The position numbers and the translations under genes were made by a program. Below the pieces are notes generated by a model, which worked only from the letters and a program-made list of their open reading frames with translations, did not search any database and was not told the DNA's origin. Shown piece by piece: positions 35,038 through 48,405 of a stretch of 64,000 nucleotides of DNA (positions are counted from its first letter, which is position 1; each line of letters opens with the position of its first letter). Source of the stretch: Malacoraja senta (lineage: Eukaryota); NCBI GenBank assembly GCA_038087875.1, contig CM075989.1:20400001-20464000 (forward strand), in the 5' to 3' direction.

Positions 35038-35809
35038 TCCATCTTGAGCAGGGAATTTATTTCCTTGACCTGGCGACCCCCTTTCATCCCTTAACACACA
35101 ATGAGTCTCTTTGACCAAGTTTTTGGTTTGTGCCTTAATATGTTACCCTGTGGCTTGGTGTCAGGTTTTGTTCAATAACCCCTGTGAAACCTTGGGGCTT
35201 TTTGCGATATATTGAAGGTGCTGTACAAATAGGCCATTGTTATTGTTGTGGAGACTAAGTTCATGAAGCAAGGTATGGAAGATTTATCTTTTTCCATTTC
35301 AATGGGGAAGAGCGACTGATGTCGCAAGGCCAGAATTGGATCAAAATTACAATGGTGTGAGGTTATAATCTACAGGTGACTTTTTCCACACGGAGAGTTG
35401 CGAGTGTGGAATTCTCTGCCTCAGGGGGCGTTGGAGGCAGGTTCTCTGGATACTTTCAAGGGAGAGCTAGATAGGGATTTTAAAGATAGCGGAGTCAGGG
35501 GATATGGGGAGAAGGCAGGAACGGGGTACTGATTGGGGATGATCAGCCATGATTACATTGAATGGCGGCGCTGGCTCGAAGGCTACTCCTGCACCTATTG
35601 TCTATTTAATGAAATGCGCAAAATACGGAGAAAAAGTAATATTTCCGTAGATAAGCAAAGTATACTGCACAATTTTTGTACAAGACAGTACGTTCAAAAC
35701 AGATGGTAAATCTGGTTGAAAAGAGATTTTATTGAATACTGCAAATGTAAATGGTGCATATTTGCAACAAAATACATAAATACGTAAAAATGAACATATT
35801 ATATTTCGT

Positions 35810-36716
35810 ATGAACACAACGTGCTGGAATAACTCAGCAGGCCAGGCAGCATCTGTGGGAGGAATGTAACAGGCGATGTTTTGAGTTAAGAGTCGTTCTT
35901 CAGACTGATTGTCGTGGGAGGGGAGAAGGCCAGGAAAGAGGTGGGGGCTGGACAAAGCCTAGGTAAAGGGACACAAAGTGCTGGAGGAACCAGCAGGTCA
36001 GGCAGCATCTGCTGAGGACATGGATGGGAGATGTTTTGGTTTGGGACCCTTCTTCTGACTGATAGATACCATTTTGGTTTGGGATCCTTCATTAGATCTC
36101 AAGAGATCCAAGTTCCTCACACAGATGCTGCCTGACCCACTGAGTTACTCCAGCATTTTGTGCAAGATTTCAGCATCTGCAGTTCGTTGTGCCTAATTAC
36201 TAGGTGGCTCCAGGTGAGGGGGGTTTGATCGGCAGATGGGTGGACAGAGGCTAGAGAAGAAAAGGAGACAAAATGGTGTCAGATAAGGACAGAAGAGGAC
36301 TGAAATGTCAATTGTTATCCCCCCCCTACTACAATTGGTCTGAAGAAGGGACCCAAAGTGCTGGAGCAACTCCGTGGGCAAGGCAGCAACTCTGCAGAAC
36401 ATGGACAAGTAACGTTTCGGATCGGAACCCTTCTTAAGACTGATACTCAGAATCAGTCAAGGGAAGGGTCCTGACCTGAAACGTCATCTGTCCTTCCTCA
36501 GAGATGTTGCCTGGCCCGCTGAGTTGCTCCAACCCTTTATGTCATTTTGTATAGACCAACATCTGCAGTTCTTTGTTTCTACGGTCTGCAGAAGGGTCCT
36601 GACCCAAAACGTCATCTGTCCGTGTCAGTCAAAACATGCTGCCTGACCCGCCGAGTTACTCCAGCACTTTGTGTTTTACACAGGATTCCAGCATCTGCAA
36701 TTCTTTGTGTGTCTCC
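35810..36716. repeat. Cluster of Penelope-derived terminal repeats in both orientations
   Basis: Several CTGGAG(T/G)AACTCAGC..GGCAGCATCT units with degenerate hammerhead cores. Confidence 0.7.
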
Positions 36717-37397
36717 ATTTTATATGTAGTGGTTAGTTGGTGCAGTGGCAGTTTCTTGCCACCTGATGTCTTTAGCACACTGCTGCCTGTCCTGGTAAAA
36801 GGATGAAGCTCTATGTTTACATGTAACGTCCCTCATTACATGTTTATCCGACACTATTAAATCTGCACCAAAAATGCACCATTGAACAGCAGAGCAGCAC
36901 AAACTTGTGTAGACTCATTGGTAAATATATTATAAGGGGTAAGCCATTTAGAAAGGAGACGAGGGAAACATTTTTCACACAAAGGGTTGTGAATCTGTGG
37001 AATTCTCTGCCTCAGAAGGCAGTGGAGGCCAATTCTCTGGATGCTTTCAAGAGGGAGTTAGATAGAGTTGTTAAAGATAGCGGAGTCAAGGGATATGGGG
37101 AGAAGGCAGGAATGGGGTACTGATTGTGGATGATCGGCCATGGTCACAGTGAGTGAAACATTAAATATCACAGGCTCGAAGGGCTGAATGGTCTACTCCT
37201 GCACCTATTGTATATTGTCTATTGTTTATAATGTATTATCTGTGGGAGGATCTCCACTTAAGACTTACGAAAGACCAAATATATAAAGCATGATAATTTA
37301 TTATTTGTAATTGGTCCTTCAACGATGTTTATAACAAGCTCACAACCTGCTTTCTTCTTTAATACCAACTCGACGATCATTAATTCATTACATGTTC

Positions 37398-37660
37398 ATT
37401 TAGTTTAGTTTAGTTGAGAGATACAGTATGGAAACAGGCCCTTCGGCCCACCGAGTCTGTGCCGACCAGCGTTCCCCGCGTATTAACATTATCCTAAACA
37501 CACTAAGGACAATTTACATCTATATCAAGCCAATTAAATACAAACCTGTACGTCTGTGGAGTGTGGGTGGAAACCGAAGATCTTGGAGAAAACCCACGAG
37601 GTCATGGGGAGAACGTACAAACTCCGTACAGACAGCACCTGTAGTCGGGATCGAACCTGA
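37398..37660 (-). mobile_element. HE1 (V-SINE) SINE, 5'-truncated
   Basis: V-domain and tail. Confidence 0.8.
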
Positions 37661-38569
37661 GGTACCCCCTCATTCTTCTAAACTCCAGCGAGTACAGGTC
37701 CAGTGGCGACAAACGCTCAACATAGCTCAACCTACTCATTCCTGGGATCATTCTTGTAAAGGCCCTTGTCCTTGGCAAGATAACAGCAAGCTGCCTTGCA
37801 CTGTTGCAGTTAATTCTGGTCTAGGTATGGCCACGCCAGCATTTTCTTTATTTTCAAAGAATAAGGTCAGGAATTTCCCAAACAATATTGGATCTGTTAT
37901 TTTTCCAAACTTTTAATATTTACCATATAGTTTCTGCGACTATCCAAATAATCCAACTCTGCATTTATTCTGCAATAAAGTACAGGGTAAATATCTTCCA
38001 CCTAGGAAGGGTACCTTCTACCTGAGAGGGGGCCTGACCTGAAATGTCGCCTATCCATGTCCTCCAGCCTACCCCAGAGATACAGCGCGGAAACAGGCCC
38101 TTCTTTACACTGAGTCCGCGCCAACCAACGATCACCCTTACACTAGTTTAAACTACTTTAGAGCATAGGACGAGGAGGCTGGATGTAGTTGGCCAAGTTC
38201 TCAGTAGCTGCCCGAGGGTTCATGTGAAACTTGAGGCAATTACCCTATGAGAGTGTTTGGCTGGACAATAACATGTATCATACTCAGAAGTCGTATGCAT
38301 TTGCTGTGATTTTCTTTGGTGGGTTTTTTCATTTCAGGAAGTCAACTTGCCTTTGCCAAGCTGGCTGACCTTGCATCCATTTCTCCCTCCCCCCCCACCC
38401 CCCCCCCCCCCTCCTCCTCTACTGTTCACAATGGCTACACAATTCCCAGCTTTTCTATCCCTGAGCTTAACAATGTGCAACTCTTTAACCTCTTGGGCTC
38501 ACACCTGTCTCTTTATCTCTGGCCTTTGTCCAACAATCTGCCTATCAAATAACCCTTTCACATGTGTTT

Positions 38570-38830
38570 GTGGCGTAGTGGAAGAGTTGCTGCCTTACAG
38601 CGCTTGCAGTGCCAGAGACCCTGGTTCGATCCTGACTACGGGTGCTGTTTTTTCGGTTTCCTCCCACACTCCAAAGCCGTACAAGTTTGTAGGTTAATTG
38701 GCTTGGTATAAGTGTAAATTGTCCCTAGTGTGTGTAGGATAGTGTTAGTGTGTGGGGATCGCTGGTCAGGGTGGACATGATGGGCCAAAGGGCCTGTTTC
38801 CGCGCTGCATCTCTAAACTAAACTAAACTA
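38570..38830 (+). mobile_element. HE1 (V-SINE) SINE with internal deletion
   Basis: Head and tail present. Confidence 0.8.
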
Positions 38831-39476
38831 TTATCGGCCATGCTCTGTTCTGCCCCTGATCCCAGATTTCTTTCCTGCCACCCCCTACAACCAGTCTGAA
38901 GAAAGGTTGTGACCCGAAGCGTTGCCCACTCATGTTCTCCAGGGATGTTGCCTGACCCGCTGAGTTACTTCAGCATTTTGTGTCTACCTTTGATTTAAGC
39001 CAGCATCTATCTGCACTTCTTTCTTGCACGGAAAAGAATCAACATTGAGTTGGCCACACAAGAACTCAGTCCCAGTGGATTCTAAGCCATTATAACTCGG
39101 GTAATCCAGCATCTGATTGTTTAGAAATCCTGACAGTTAGACCTAGCTCACTCACTGGTGAACTGAAAGAAGAGCCTCGACCCGAAACGTCACACATTCC
39201 TCTTCTCCAGAGATGCTGCCTGACCCATTGAGTTACTCCAGCATTTTGTGCCTATCTTCAGTGTGGTGTATTCTACCTAAAATATTAATTCTCTTTCAAC
39301 AGATACTGTCTGATCCCCCAGGGAATTTCCGACATTTTTTACTTTTGTTGCAGATTTCCAGCATCTGCAATTTTTTCATTTTTTTGTGCGGAGGCAAGAC
39401 ACAAAGTGTTGGACTAACAGTGGATCAGGCAGTATCTCTGGAGAACATGGATAGGCGACGCTTCAGGATCAAGACC

Positions 39477-39830
39477 TGCCTGGGTCAAGACGAGATGGAG
39501 AGACCAGTGGAAGTCAACAGAATCATCTAGGCTACACCATTACATCGATGACCCCATGGGCGTCCCTGGCCAGGACCTGCCCCGAAAGCAGTGGACAACC
39601 CTCAACCGCTTGAGGACAGGCGTCGGACGCTATGGAGTAGCGATGAAGAGGTGGGGCCTCGTGGGCAGCGAGCGCCTCCTGCGAGTGTGGGGACCCAACA
39701 CGGACAGTGGAGCACATAGTCACCAGTTGCCCCAAACACTGGCCACCAAATGGTGAACGAGGACGATGACACGTTGGCCTGGCTCGCCTCAACGGAGCTG
39801 CAGGTCTAAAAGACACACGACAAGAAGAAG
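39477..39830 (+). mobile_element. Vingi (Ingi-group) LINE, 5'-truncated 3' fragment
   Basis: Encodes ...PGQDLPRKQWTTLNRLRTGVGRYG..WG and, after a frameshift, CECG..TVEHIVTSCP (CCHC knuckle); tail CACACGACAAGAAGAAG; TSD-like GGATCAA(G/C)ACC at 39466-39476 and 39830-39840. Confidence 0.75.
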
Positions 39831-39982
39831 GATCAACACCGTTTAAAAAATTCTAATTTAAGGAAAAGGGAAGCATAAATCAAAGAAATATTACTAGTTC
39901 AGCAAATATTCGATTGGATCAATCATGGAATATTTGGTGTGGGGGTGGGTATGGCAGCTTTTGGATTTAGCGTGGGAGTTTG

Positions 39983-40490
39983 AGCGGCACGGTGGTGTAG
40001 CGGTAAAATTGCCGCCTTATTTTTTTTTTAAATTGCAGTTTTTTTTCCTTTTTCCTTCCTCCCACAATATTTAATATGTAAAAGAATATGTGATTCTGTT
40101 CCATTCTGTTTGTAGTTTGTTTGTTTGTTTGTTTGTTTTTTGCACAAAGTCCACGAGCATTGCCACTTTTCATTTCACTGCACATCTCGTATATGTGTAT
40201 GTGATGAATAAACTTGACTTTACAGTGTCGGACACCTGGGTTCGATCCTGAGCATGGGTGGTGTCTGTATGGAGTTTGTACGTTCTCCCTGTGACTGCGT
40301 GGGTTTTCTCCGGATGCTCTGGCTTCCTCCCACATTCCAAAGACGAGCAGGTTTGTAGGTTTGTTGTCCTCTGTAAATTGCCTCTAGAGTGTAGGATAAA
40401 ACTCGTGTACGGGGAGATTGTTGGTCGGCGTGGACCCGGTGGACAATACGGGCTGTTTCCATGCTGTATCTCCAAAGTAAACTAAACAGA
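39983..40490 (+). mobile_element. HE1 SINE interrupted by a Rex1-type 3'UTR (40020-40220)
   Basis: Head split at GCCTTA/CAG. Confidence 0.75.
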
Positions 40491-40544
40491 CTTGGAAGAA
40501 AAGCAACATGAGCAAAAGGAATTTGCTGGGATGGTGCTAAATAT

Positions 40545-40865
40545 TCAGCCCACTGAGTCCATGCCAACCATCAAGTATCCATTTACACAAATCCTCTTCC
40601 AACCAATGTTATTCGCCCCACATTTCTGTCAACCCCCCTCCCCCACAGATTCTACCACACACCTGCACACTGGGGGCTATTTACAACAACCAATTAACCT
40701 GCTGACCTGCACGTCTTAGAGACATGAGAGGAAACTGGAGCGCCCGGAGAAAAACCACATGGTCACAGGGAGAACGTGCAAGCTCCACATGGGCAGCGCC
40801 AGAGCTCGGGATTGAACTTGGGTTGCAGGAACGATGAGGCAGTGGCTCTACCAGCTGCACCACTG
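40545..40865 (-). mobile_element. HE1-related V-SINE, diverged
   Basis: Head and V-domain. Confidence 0.7.
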
Positions 40866-40990
40866 GATTTTATTATTTGCTGCGAATGGTGGCAGTTCAT
40901 AATGACCACAAATAGTCAAACATATTAACTAACTTTCACAGACAGATAAACATCACAGTGTCGTAAAGACTTGATCAGAACATTGACAAA

Positions 40991-41422
40991 GGGCGGCACG
41001 GTGGCGCAGCGGTGGAATTGCTGCCTTACAGCCCTCAGGGACCCGGGTTCGATCCTGACCACGGGTACTGTCTGTGCAGAGTTTATACGTTATTTCCTGT
41101 GACCGCATGGTTTTTCTCCGGGTGCTCCGGTTTCCTCCCACATCACAAAGACCTGCGTGCGGGTTTGTAGGTTGATTGGCTTCTGTAAATTGCCCCCAAG
41201 TGTGTAGGATGTGAAAGTGGGATAACATAGAACTAGTGAAGAAGGGTCTCGACCCGAAACATCACCCATTCCTTCTCTCCAGTGATGCTGCCTGTCCCGC
41301 TGAGTTACTCCAGCTTTTTGTGTCTATCTCTGGTGTACGGGCGATCGATGAAGGTGTACGGTGGCAGAAGACCGATTTCCACACTGTATCTCGTCACTAA
41401 ACTAAAGTAAACTAAACTAAAC
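40991..41422 (+). mobile_element. HE1 SINE interrupted by a Penelope repeat (41237-41330)
   Basis: Head, V-domain, tail. Confidence 0.8.
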
Positions 41423-42009
41423 TATGCCAGTGACAGGTAGAATTATTTATAGGCTGGGGAAGCAGGAGGTTTTATTCAAGTAATGATCCTTTCAGGAGGT
41501 TTTTGACTAAAACTCGTCGGCAGAATTATAAAATAGTTGTTTCCAAATCAGAATTAAGATTCATAATTGAATAAGAAATTGTCTCACTTTACATAACATC
41601 ACAATTATGTTGTTAACTGGACAAACCTCTAATTATGCCTGATTAGACAGCGTTCACAACAGCTATTTCATTAAAACCATCATTTATTTACTCAACATTA
41701 AACTAACATTTAATTGTATGCAAAGAAGCTGATAACTCAGCAGTCACTTTGTGAGTCAGTCCACTGTAGTCAAAGAAAAATCCCCATGGTGAGATTTCCC
41801 ACCCTGCAGTAACAGGAAAGCATTTGTCACATCTATATGTGTGCTCACTGCAATTGTCCAGTGACAGCTTCATTTCCAGCCGACCCATCTGGGATAACAT
41901 TGGAGAGCTTGCTGATTATATCTGCCAATTATAATAGGATGCTTAGCAAAATATTGTCAATCAGTTTATCACCTATCAGACTGAGATTGAAAGCGGAAGT
42001 TGTGAATTA

Positions 42010-42580
42010 GAGTCATAGAGGCATAGAGCGATACAGTGTGGAAACAGGCCCTTCGGCCCAACTTGCCCACACCGGCCAACATGTCCCAGCTACACTAGTC
42101 TCACCTGCCTGCGTTTGGTCCATATCCCTCCAAAACTGTACTATCCATGTACCTGTCTAACTGTTTCTTAAACGTTGGGATAGTCCCAGCCTCAACTACC
42201 TCCTCTGGCAGCTTGTTCCATACACCCACCGCCCTTTGTGTGAAAAAGTTATCCCTCAGATTCCTATTAAATCTTTTCCCCTTCACCTGAAACCAATGTC
42301 CTCTGGTCCTTGATTCACCTACTCTGGCCAAGAGACTCTGGGCCTCTATCCAATCTATTCCTCTCATGATTTTATACACTTCTATAAAATCACCCTTCAT
42401 CCTACTGCGCTCCATGGAATAGAATCCCAGTCTACTCAACCTCTCCTTATAGCTCAGACCCTCTTGTTCTGGCAGCATCCTCGTAAATCTTCTCTGTACC
42501 CTTTCCAGCTTGACAACATCTTTCCTATAACACGTTGCCCAGAACCGAACACAATACTCTAAATGCGGCCTCACCAATTC
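42010..42580 (-). mobile_element. CR1 LINE 3' fragment
   Basis: ORF 42101-42577 VRPHLEYCV.FW..WNKLP. Confidence 0.9.
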
Positions 42581-43072
42581 TCATGTGTAAAAGTACCTGT
42601 TGTCTGGGCAACTTGCCATGGCATTGAGAGGTGTGATTCACAGCAGCAATTCTGGCCTGTTTGTGCTGCTGAGTGGGTTGAGTCAGACATCACTGTGATC
42701 CACAGAGTGTACAGCAAAGCTCACAATTCATTTTATTTTTTGACTTAATCACTTTTACTTATTTTTTTTGATTGTGGACACAAGGAACTGCAGATGCTGG
42801 TTTACAAAAATGCTGGAGTAACTCAGCGGGTCAGGCAGCATCTCTGGAGAGCATGAATACCTAACGTTTTGAGTCGGCACCCTTCTTCAGACAGATTGAT
42901 TGAAAGTTACAGCATGGAAACAGGCCCTTCGGCCCACCGAGTCCACGCCAACCATCAATCACCCATTCGTACCTGTTCTACGTTATCCTACTTTTGCATA
43001 CACTTCCTACACATTAGGGGCACTGTTACAGATCTTCATGTTGTTATCAAATGTTTTGGGTCAGACTGACAA

Positions 43073-43290
43073 GACACAAGGAACTGCAGATTCTGGAATC
43101 TTGAACAAACCACAAAGTGCTGGAGGAACTCAGCAGGTCCGGCAACATCCGTGGAGGGAATGGACCAATGACGTTTTGAGTTGGGATCCTTCATCAGTTT
43201 GAAGAAGGGTCCCAACCTGAAACATTGTCTGTCCATCCCCTCCATAGATGCTGCCTGACCTGCTGAGTTCCTCCAGCACTTTTTGTTTTG
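43073..43290. repeat. Inverted pair of Penelope-derived terminal repeats
   Basis: Arms meet near 43195-43200. Confidence 0.75.
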
Positions 43291-43784
43291 GTTGACAATA
43301 ATGTTGATTTGTAGAATATTGGGAAGCTTTCCTTTAAAGTTCTGGTCCACGTAAATTGTACATTTGCTAACAGTACCTGAATGTCACACTTCTCCACCCT
43401 GAGATATCCTGCTGACTTTCCATTCAGGCATATTCCTGTTGAGTCATAAGATGGTAGCATTCTGATAAGAACATTTGCAAAAGATGCAGTTTTCCATGGT
43501 GAAGTTGGTTTGGGTTAGCTTCCTAAATACAAACTTGTTGTGAAAGCTTGTTTATTCAGTTTCTTCATATCACCCAGTGCAATATTTGATTTTACTTGAC
43601 CAGTCCCAGTTCTGTACTCAGATGGTGTTGCTATGGCAATGCTCCAGAATCATTTCCAAATTCAACCTGGCTTAATCCAGATATATTTGGATGTCTACAA
43701 ATTAGCCTTCTTCAACATGATGATTGTTTAGGTGACCAGTGTGGATCTTTTGAAGAGATCCGGTTCTGGAATGGAAATGCATTA

Positions 43785-44265
43785 AGATCATAAGTGATAG
43801 CAGCAGATTAGGCCATTCGGCCCATCAAGTCTACTCCGCCATTCAATCATGGCTGATCTATCTCTCCCTCCTAACCCATTCTCCTGCCTTCTCCCCATAA
43901 CCCCTGACACCTGTACCAATCAAGAATCTATCTCTGCTTTAAAAATGTCCATTGACTTGGCCTCCACAGCCTTCTGTGGCAAAGAATTCCACAGATTCAC
44001 CAGCCTCTGACTAAAGTAATTCCTCCTCATCACCTTCCTAAAGGAACGTCCTTTAATCCTGAGGCTATGACCTCTGGTCCTGGACTCTTCCACAAGTGGA
44101 AACATCCTCTCCATATCCACTCCATCCAAGCCTTTCACTATTCTGTACCTTTCAATGAGGTCCCCCTCTCATTCTTCTAAACTCCAGCGAGTACCGGCCT
44201 AGTGCCGTCAAACCCTCATCGTATGTTAACCCACCCATTCCTGGGATCATTCTTGTAAACATCAT
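43785..44265 (-). mobile_element. CR1 LINE 3' fragment
   Basis: KGLD..MFPLV.ESRTRGHSL..WNSLPQKA. Confidence 0.85.
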
Positions 44266-45324
44266 CCTTGTAGAAAACGGAAAGACTTTTGTTCGATGTC
44301 ACAACTTTTTCAACTGACTCCTCTTCCAAAACCTGGAATGACATGAGTTTTATTTCGGAGGAAAGCCATTTTTCTAATGTCCATTCACAATCGCTGCAAA
44401 TAGAAGCAAATGTCAGAATTTTCAGTATGTTTAAACTTACGTGACTAAACACAGTAATAGAAAGTTGCAATGAAAGGAGCAATGGGGAATTAATAGTATT
44501 ATGTGGCATCGTGCGGAAGGAGTCCGATTGGCATTTAGAGGTGTGAATTTTTTAATCGTTTAGTGGAAAGTATTATTATGAGTAATCATTTGCAAGAATT
44601 GTATCAATAACAGGGACGGCACCTACTTCTTTACAAAGGTGCATCAATAAACCCCACAAAATGTTGTCTACTGCAGTCCCCAACCAGTAACTAAAATAGT
44701 TCATGTTCATAAGTTGTAGGAACAGAATTAGGGCCATTCGGCCCATCAAGTCTACTCTGCCATTTAATCATGGCTGATTTATCTTTCCCTCTCAACCCCA
44801 TTCTCCTCCCTTCTCCCCATAACCCCTGACACCCGTACTAATCAAGAATCTATCAATCTCCGCCTTAAAAATATCCTTTGCCCACCACAGCTGTCTGTGG
44901 CAATGAATGCCACGATTCACCACCCTCTGACTAAAGAAATTCCTTCTCATCTTTCTAAAGGTACATCAATAGACAATAGGTGCCGGAGTAGGCCCTTCGG
45001 CCCTTCAAGCCAGTCCTTTAATGTGCTTTAATTCTGAGGCTATGGCCTCTTGTCCAAGACTTTCCCACCAGTGGAAACATCCTCTCCACATTCACTCTCT
45101 CCGGGATTTTCTCCCGTTTGTCCATTCTATAAAAAGAGGGCCTAATTGTAAGCTCCCCACGAAGCAATGGAAGGATAGGCTAGAACATTTTGTGTTGTTG
45201 AACATTGTTTGCATTTCCATAAGATTTTAGTTAGATCGCATTGGAAGTATTGCATGCAGTTCTGGTCACCCAATCGCTGGAATGATGTGGAAGCTTTGGA
45301 GAGAGTGCAGAAGAGATTTACCAG

Positions 45325-45710
45325 CATCTCATATTTCGCTTGGGCACCTTACCTTACAGCCCAGTGGTATGAATATTGATATCTCTAACTTCAGGTAACC
45401 CTGGCATTTCCTCTCTCTCCATCCCTCCCTCCCCCACAACGTCACACCAGCTTCTCGTTTTCACCCAACAAACAGCTAACAATGGCTTGTTCCCTTTATC
45501 ATCGGTACTTTTTTGCATATCTTTCGTTCAACGTTCTTTTCCTCCCAACATCATCGTCTATATCTCTCGTTCCCCTTTTCCCTAACTAGTCTCGACCCGA
45601 AACGTCACCCATTCCTTCTCTGCAGAGATGCTGCCTGTCCTGCTGAGTTACTCCAGCATTTTGTGTCTATCTTCAGTTTAAACCAGCATCTGCAGTTCCT
45701 TCCTACACAT
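45325..45710 (+). mobile_element. Penelope-like element 3' fragment with terminal repeat
   Basis: HLIFRLG..QPSGMNID.SNFR*, UTR, partial hammerhead GACCCGAAACGTC. Confidence 0.7.
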
Positions 45711-46866
45711 TTACCAGAACGCTGCCTGGATTAAATTATATTAGCTACAAGGAGAGATTGGATACATTTGGATTGTTTTCTCTGCAACGCTGGAGGTTGA
45801 GGAGAGATCTGATGGAAGGACATGAAATTGGGAGAGGCATAGATAGGGTAGATATCCAAATCTTTTTCCAAGGGTGGAAATGATACAGACTAGAGGGCAT
45901 AGCTTTGAGGTTAGAGGGGCAAAATATAAAGGAGATGTGTGGAGCATGTTTTATTGGGTGTTGGGTGCCTACCAAGTGGTGTTGGTGGAGGTAGATGCAT
46001 TTAAGAGGCTTTTAGATTGGAACATGGATTTGCAGGAAATGGAGCGGAACGGATCATGTGCAGGCAGATGAGATAGGATCAGCCTGAAGAAGGGTCTTGA
46101 CCCAAAATGTCACCTACCCATGTACTCAGGGATGCTGCCAGACCTGCTGAGTTACTCCAGCACTTTGTGCCCACTTACCATCAGTTTATGTGTTGGAAGG
46201 AACTGCAGATACTGGTTTACACCGAAGAGAGACAGAAAATGCTGGAGTAACTCAGCGGGTCAGACAGCACGTTGTTCAAGAAGGGACTGCAGATGCTGGA
46301 AAATCGAAGGTAGACAAAAGTGCTGGAGAAACACAGCGGGTGAGGCAGCATCTATGGAGCGAAGGAAATAGGCGACGTTTACAGCATAGGTCAGACAGCA
46401 TCTCTGGAGAGAAGGAATAGGTGACGTTTCAGGTCGAGACCCTTCTTGGTACGGTGTTCAGTACAGATATTGCGGGCTGAAGGGCCGTTGTGCTATCCAT
46501 GATATTCTTTGTTTTATTGATGACTATCCTCCCACAAATATTCTGGCTGACTACTTGATTTAAAAACAGAACGGGATCTGAGTATTGATGAACAAAACTA
46601 TTTCTGAGAACAAGCACAGACCCAATTGTCTGCACAACCACATGTGAGTTAAATTGCATGTTTCTGTAATTGAAGAAGACAAATCACATTGATTCATTAG
46701 ATAAATAATTAATGTGAATCAAACTGTTTACTGGAATTTGGTAGGTTGATTAAAAGTGATGTGGGGTTTGTCAGCAATGTATAGGATCGCAAAGAAGATC
46801 TATCTGTTGCTCATTGAAATCGGGTACAGTTTTTCAAAATTTTAACAAGCACGCATTGTTTAAATT

Positions 46867-47179
46867 TAAACTTTAGACTTTAGAGATTCAGCGCGGAAAC
46901 AGGCCCTTCGGCCCACCGAGTCCGCGCCTACCAGCGATCACCTCGAACATTAACACTATCCCACACACTAGGGACAATTTACAATTTTTACCAAAACCAA
47001 TTAACCTACAAACCTGTACATCTTTGGAGTGTGGACGGAAACCGGAGTACCTGGAGAAAACCCACGTGGTCACAGGGGGAACGTACAAACTCCATACAGA
47101 TAGCACCTGTAGTCAGGATCGAACCCAAGGCTCTGGCACTGTAAGGCAGCAACTCTACATTTGCGCCACTATGCCGCCC
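46867..47179 (-). mobile_element. HE1 (V-SINE) SINE
   Basis: Head, V-domain, tail. Confidence 0.85.
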
Positions 47180-47959
47180 ACTACACCACGATTCATCGCA
47201 GCAGCATATTGCCTGGTTGTTCATCTTAACTGTTACACCCACAACTGACAAAATGAAAGATCAGAAATAGAACACAGAAACACTGCGTGGAGATGACAAA
47301 CATCGGTCTGAATCTTTTCCTCGATTATTTGGTGTTGGCTAGAATGAGTCATTTAAGTATTTAAATTCTGCCCATTGCCCATGACAACAGGAAGATATGC
47401 AAGGAAATTTATCCCAACTCATGAATTTATCTGCCGGCTGGGGCCCATGCGAGTCCCCATGGATCCGCCTTTGCTTTGGAGAAAGTGGGAGGAGTGGAAA
47501 AAGTTGTTGGGAGTAAGGACCAGCTCCGCTCGGCGGTGGAGAGCGTTTGTAGAAGGAAATTGGCTGGATCTGCGGTTGAGGAAGAAATGGAGGGTTTAAG
47601 GCCTTCCTGGTGGTTGAAGGAGGTGCAGAATGACTGAACGTCCAAGTTGAGAGGGAGGGGTCTCGACCCAAAACATCACCTTTTCTCCAGAGATGCTGCC
47701 TGACCTGCTGAAGTTTCTCCAACTATTTGTGTCTATCTTTGACAGTGCTACAAACCTTTAGAATTACTCTGAAGTGTCCCTCCTGGACATTCCTTCTTCT
47801 CCCCACTCCTGTCGGACAGATGGCACAGAAGCTTGAAAGTGCGCGTTAACAGACACAGGATCAACTTCTTCCCCTCAATTATCAGGCTTCTGAACATTCC
47901 ATCCCTGTGAAGGTTCTGTCCAATTCACCCCTTCCCCCCTTGTGGAGTTTGGATATTAT

Positions 47960-48405
47960 CATAGAGTCTTACAGCATGGAAACGGGCCCAATGGCCCAAC
48001 TTGCAAACACCGACCATCACATCCACACTAATCCCACCTGTCTGTGTTTGGCCCATATTCCTCTAAACCTTTCTGATACATGTACCTGTCTAAATGTTTT
48101 GTAAATATTGCAATGGTATCTGCCTCAACTACCTTCTCTGGCAGCTTGTTCCATACACCCACCACTATTTGTGTGAAAAGTTTACCCTTCAGATTCCGAT
48201 TAACTCTTTCCCCCTTCACCTTAAACCTACGTCCTCCGGTTTTTGATTTCTCCCACTCTGGGCAAGAGACTCTGTGCATCTACGCGGTCTATTCCTCTCA
48301 TCATTTTATACACCTCTGCAAGATAACCTCTCATCCTCCTGCGCTTCAAGGAATAGAGCCCCTGCCTGCTCAACATCTCCCGATAGCTCAGATCCTCGAG
48401 TCCTG
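47960..48405 (-). mobile_element. CR1 LINE 3' fragment
   Basis: FKVKGER..FTQ.VVGVWNKLP. Confidence 0.8.
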
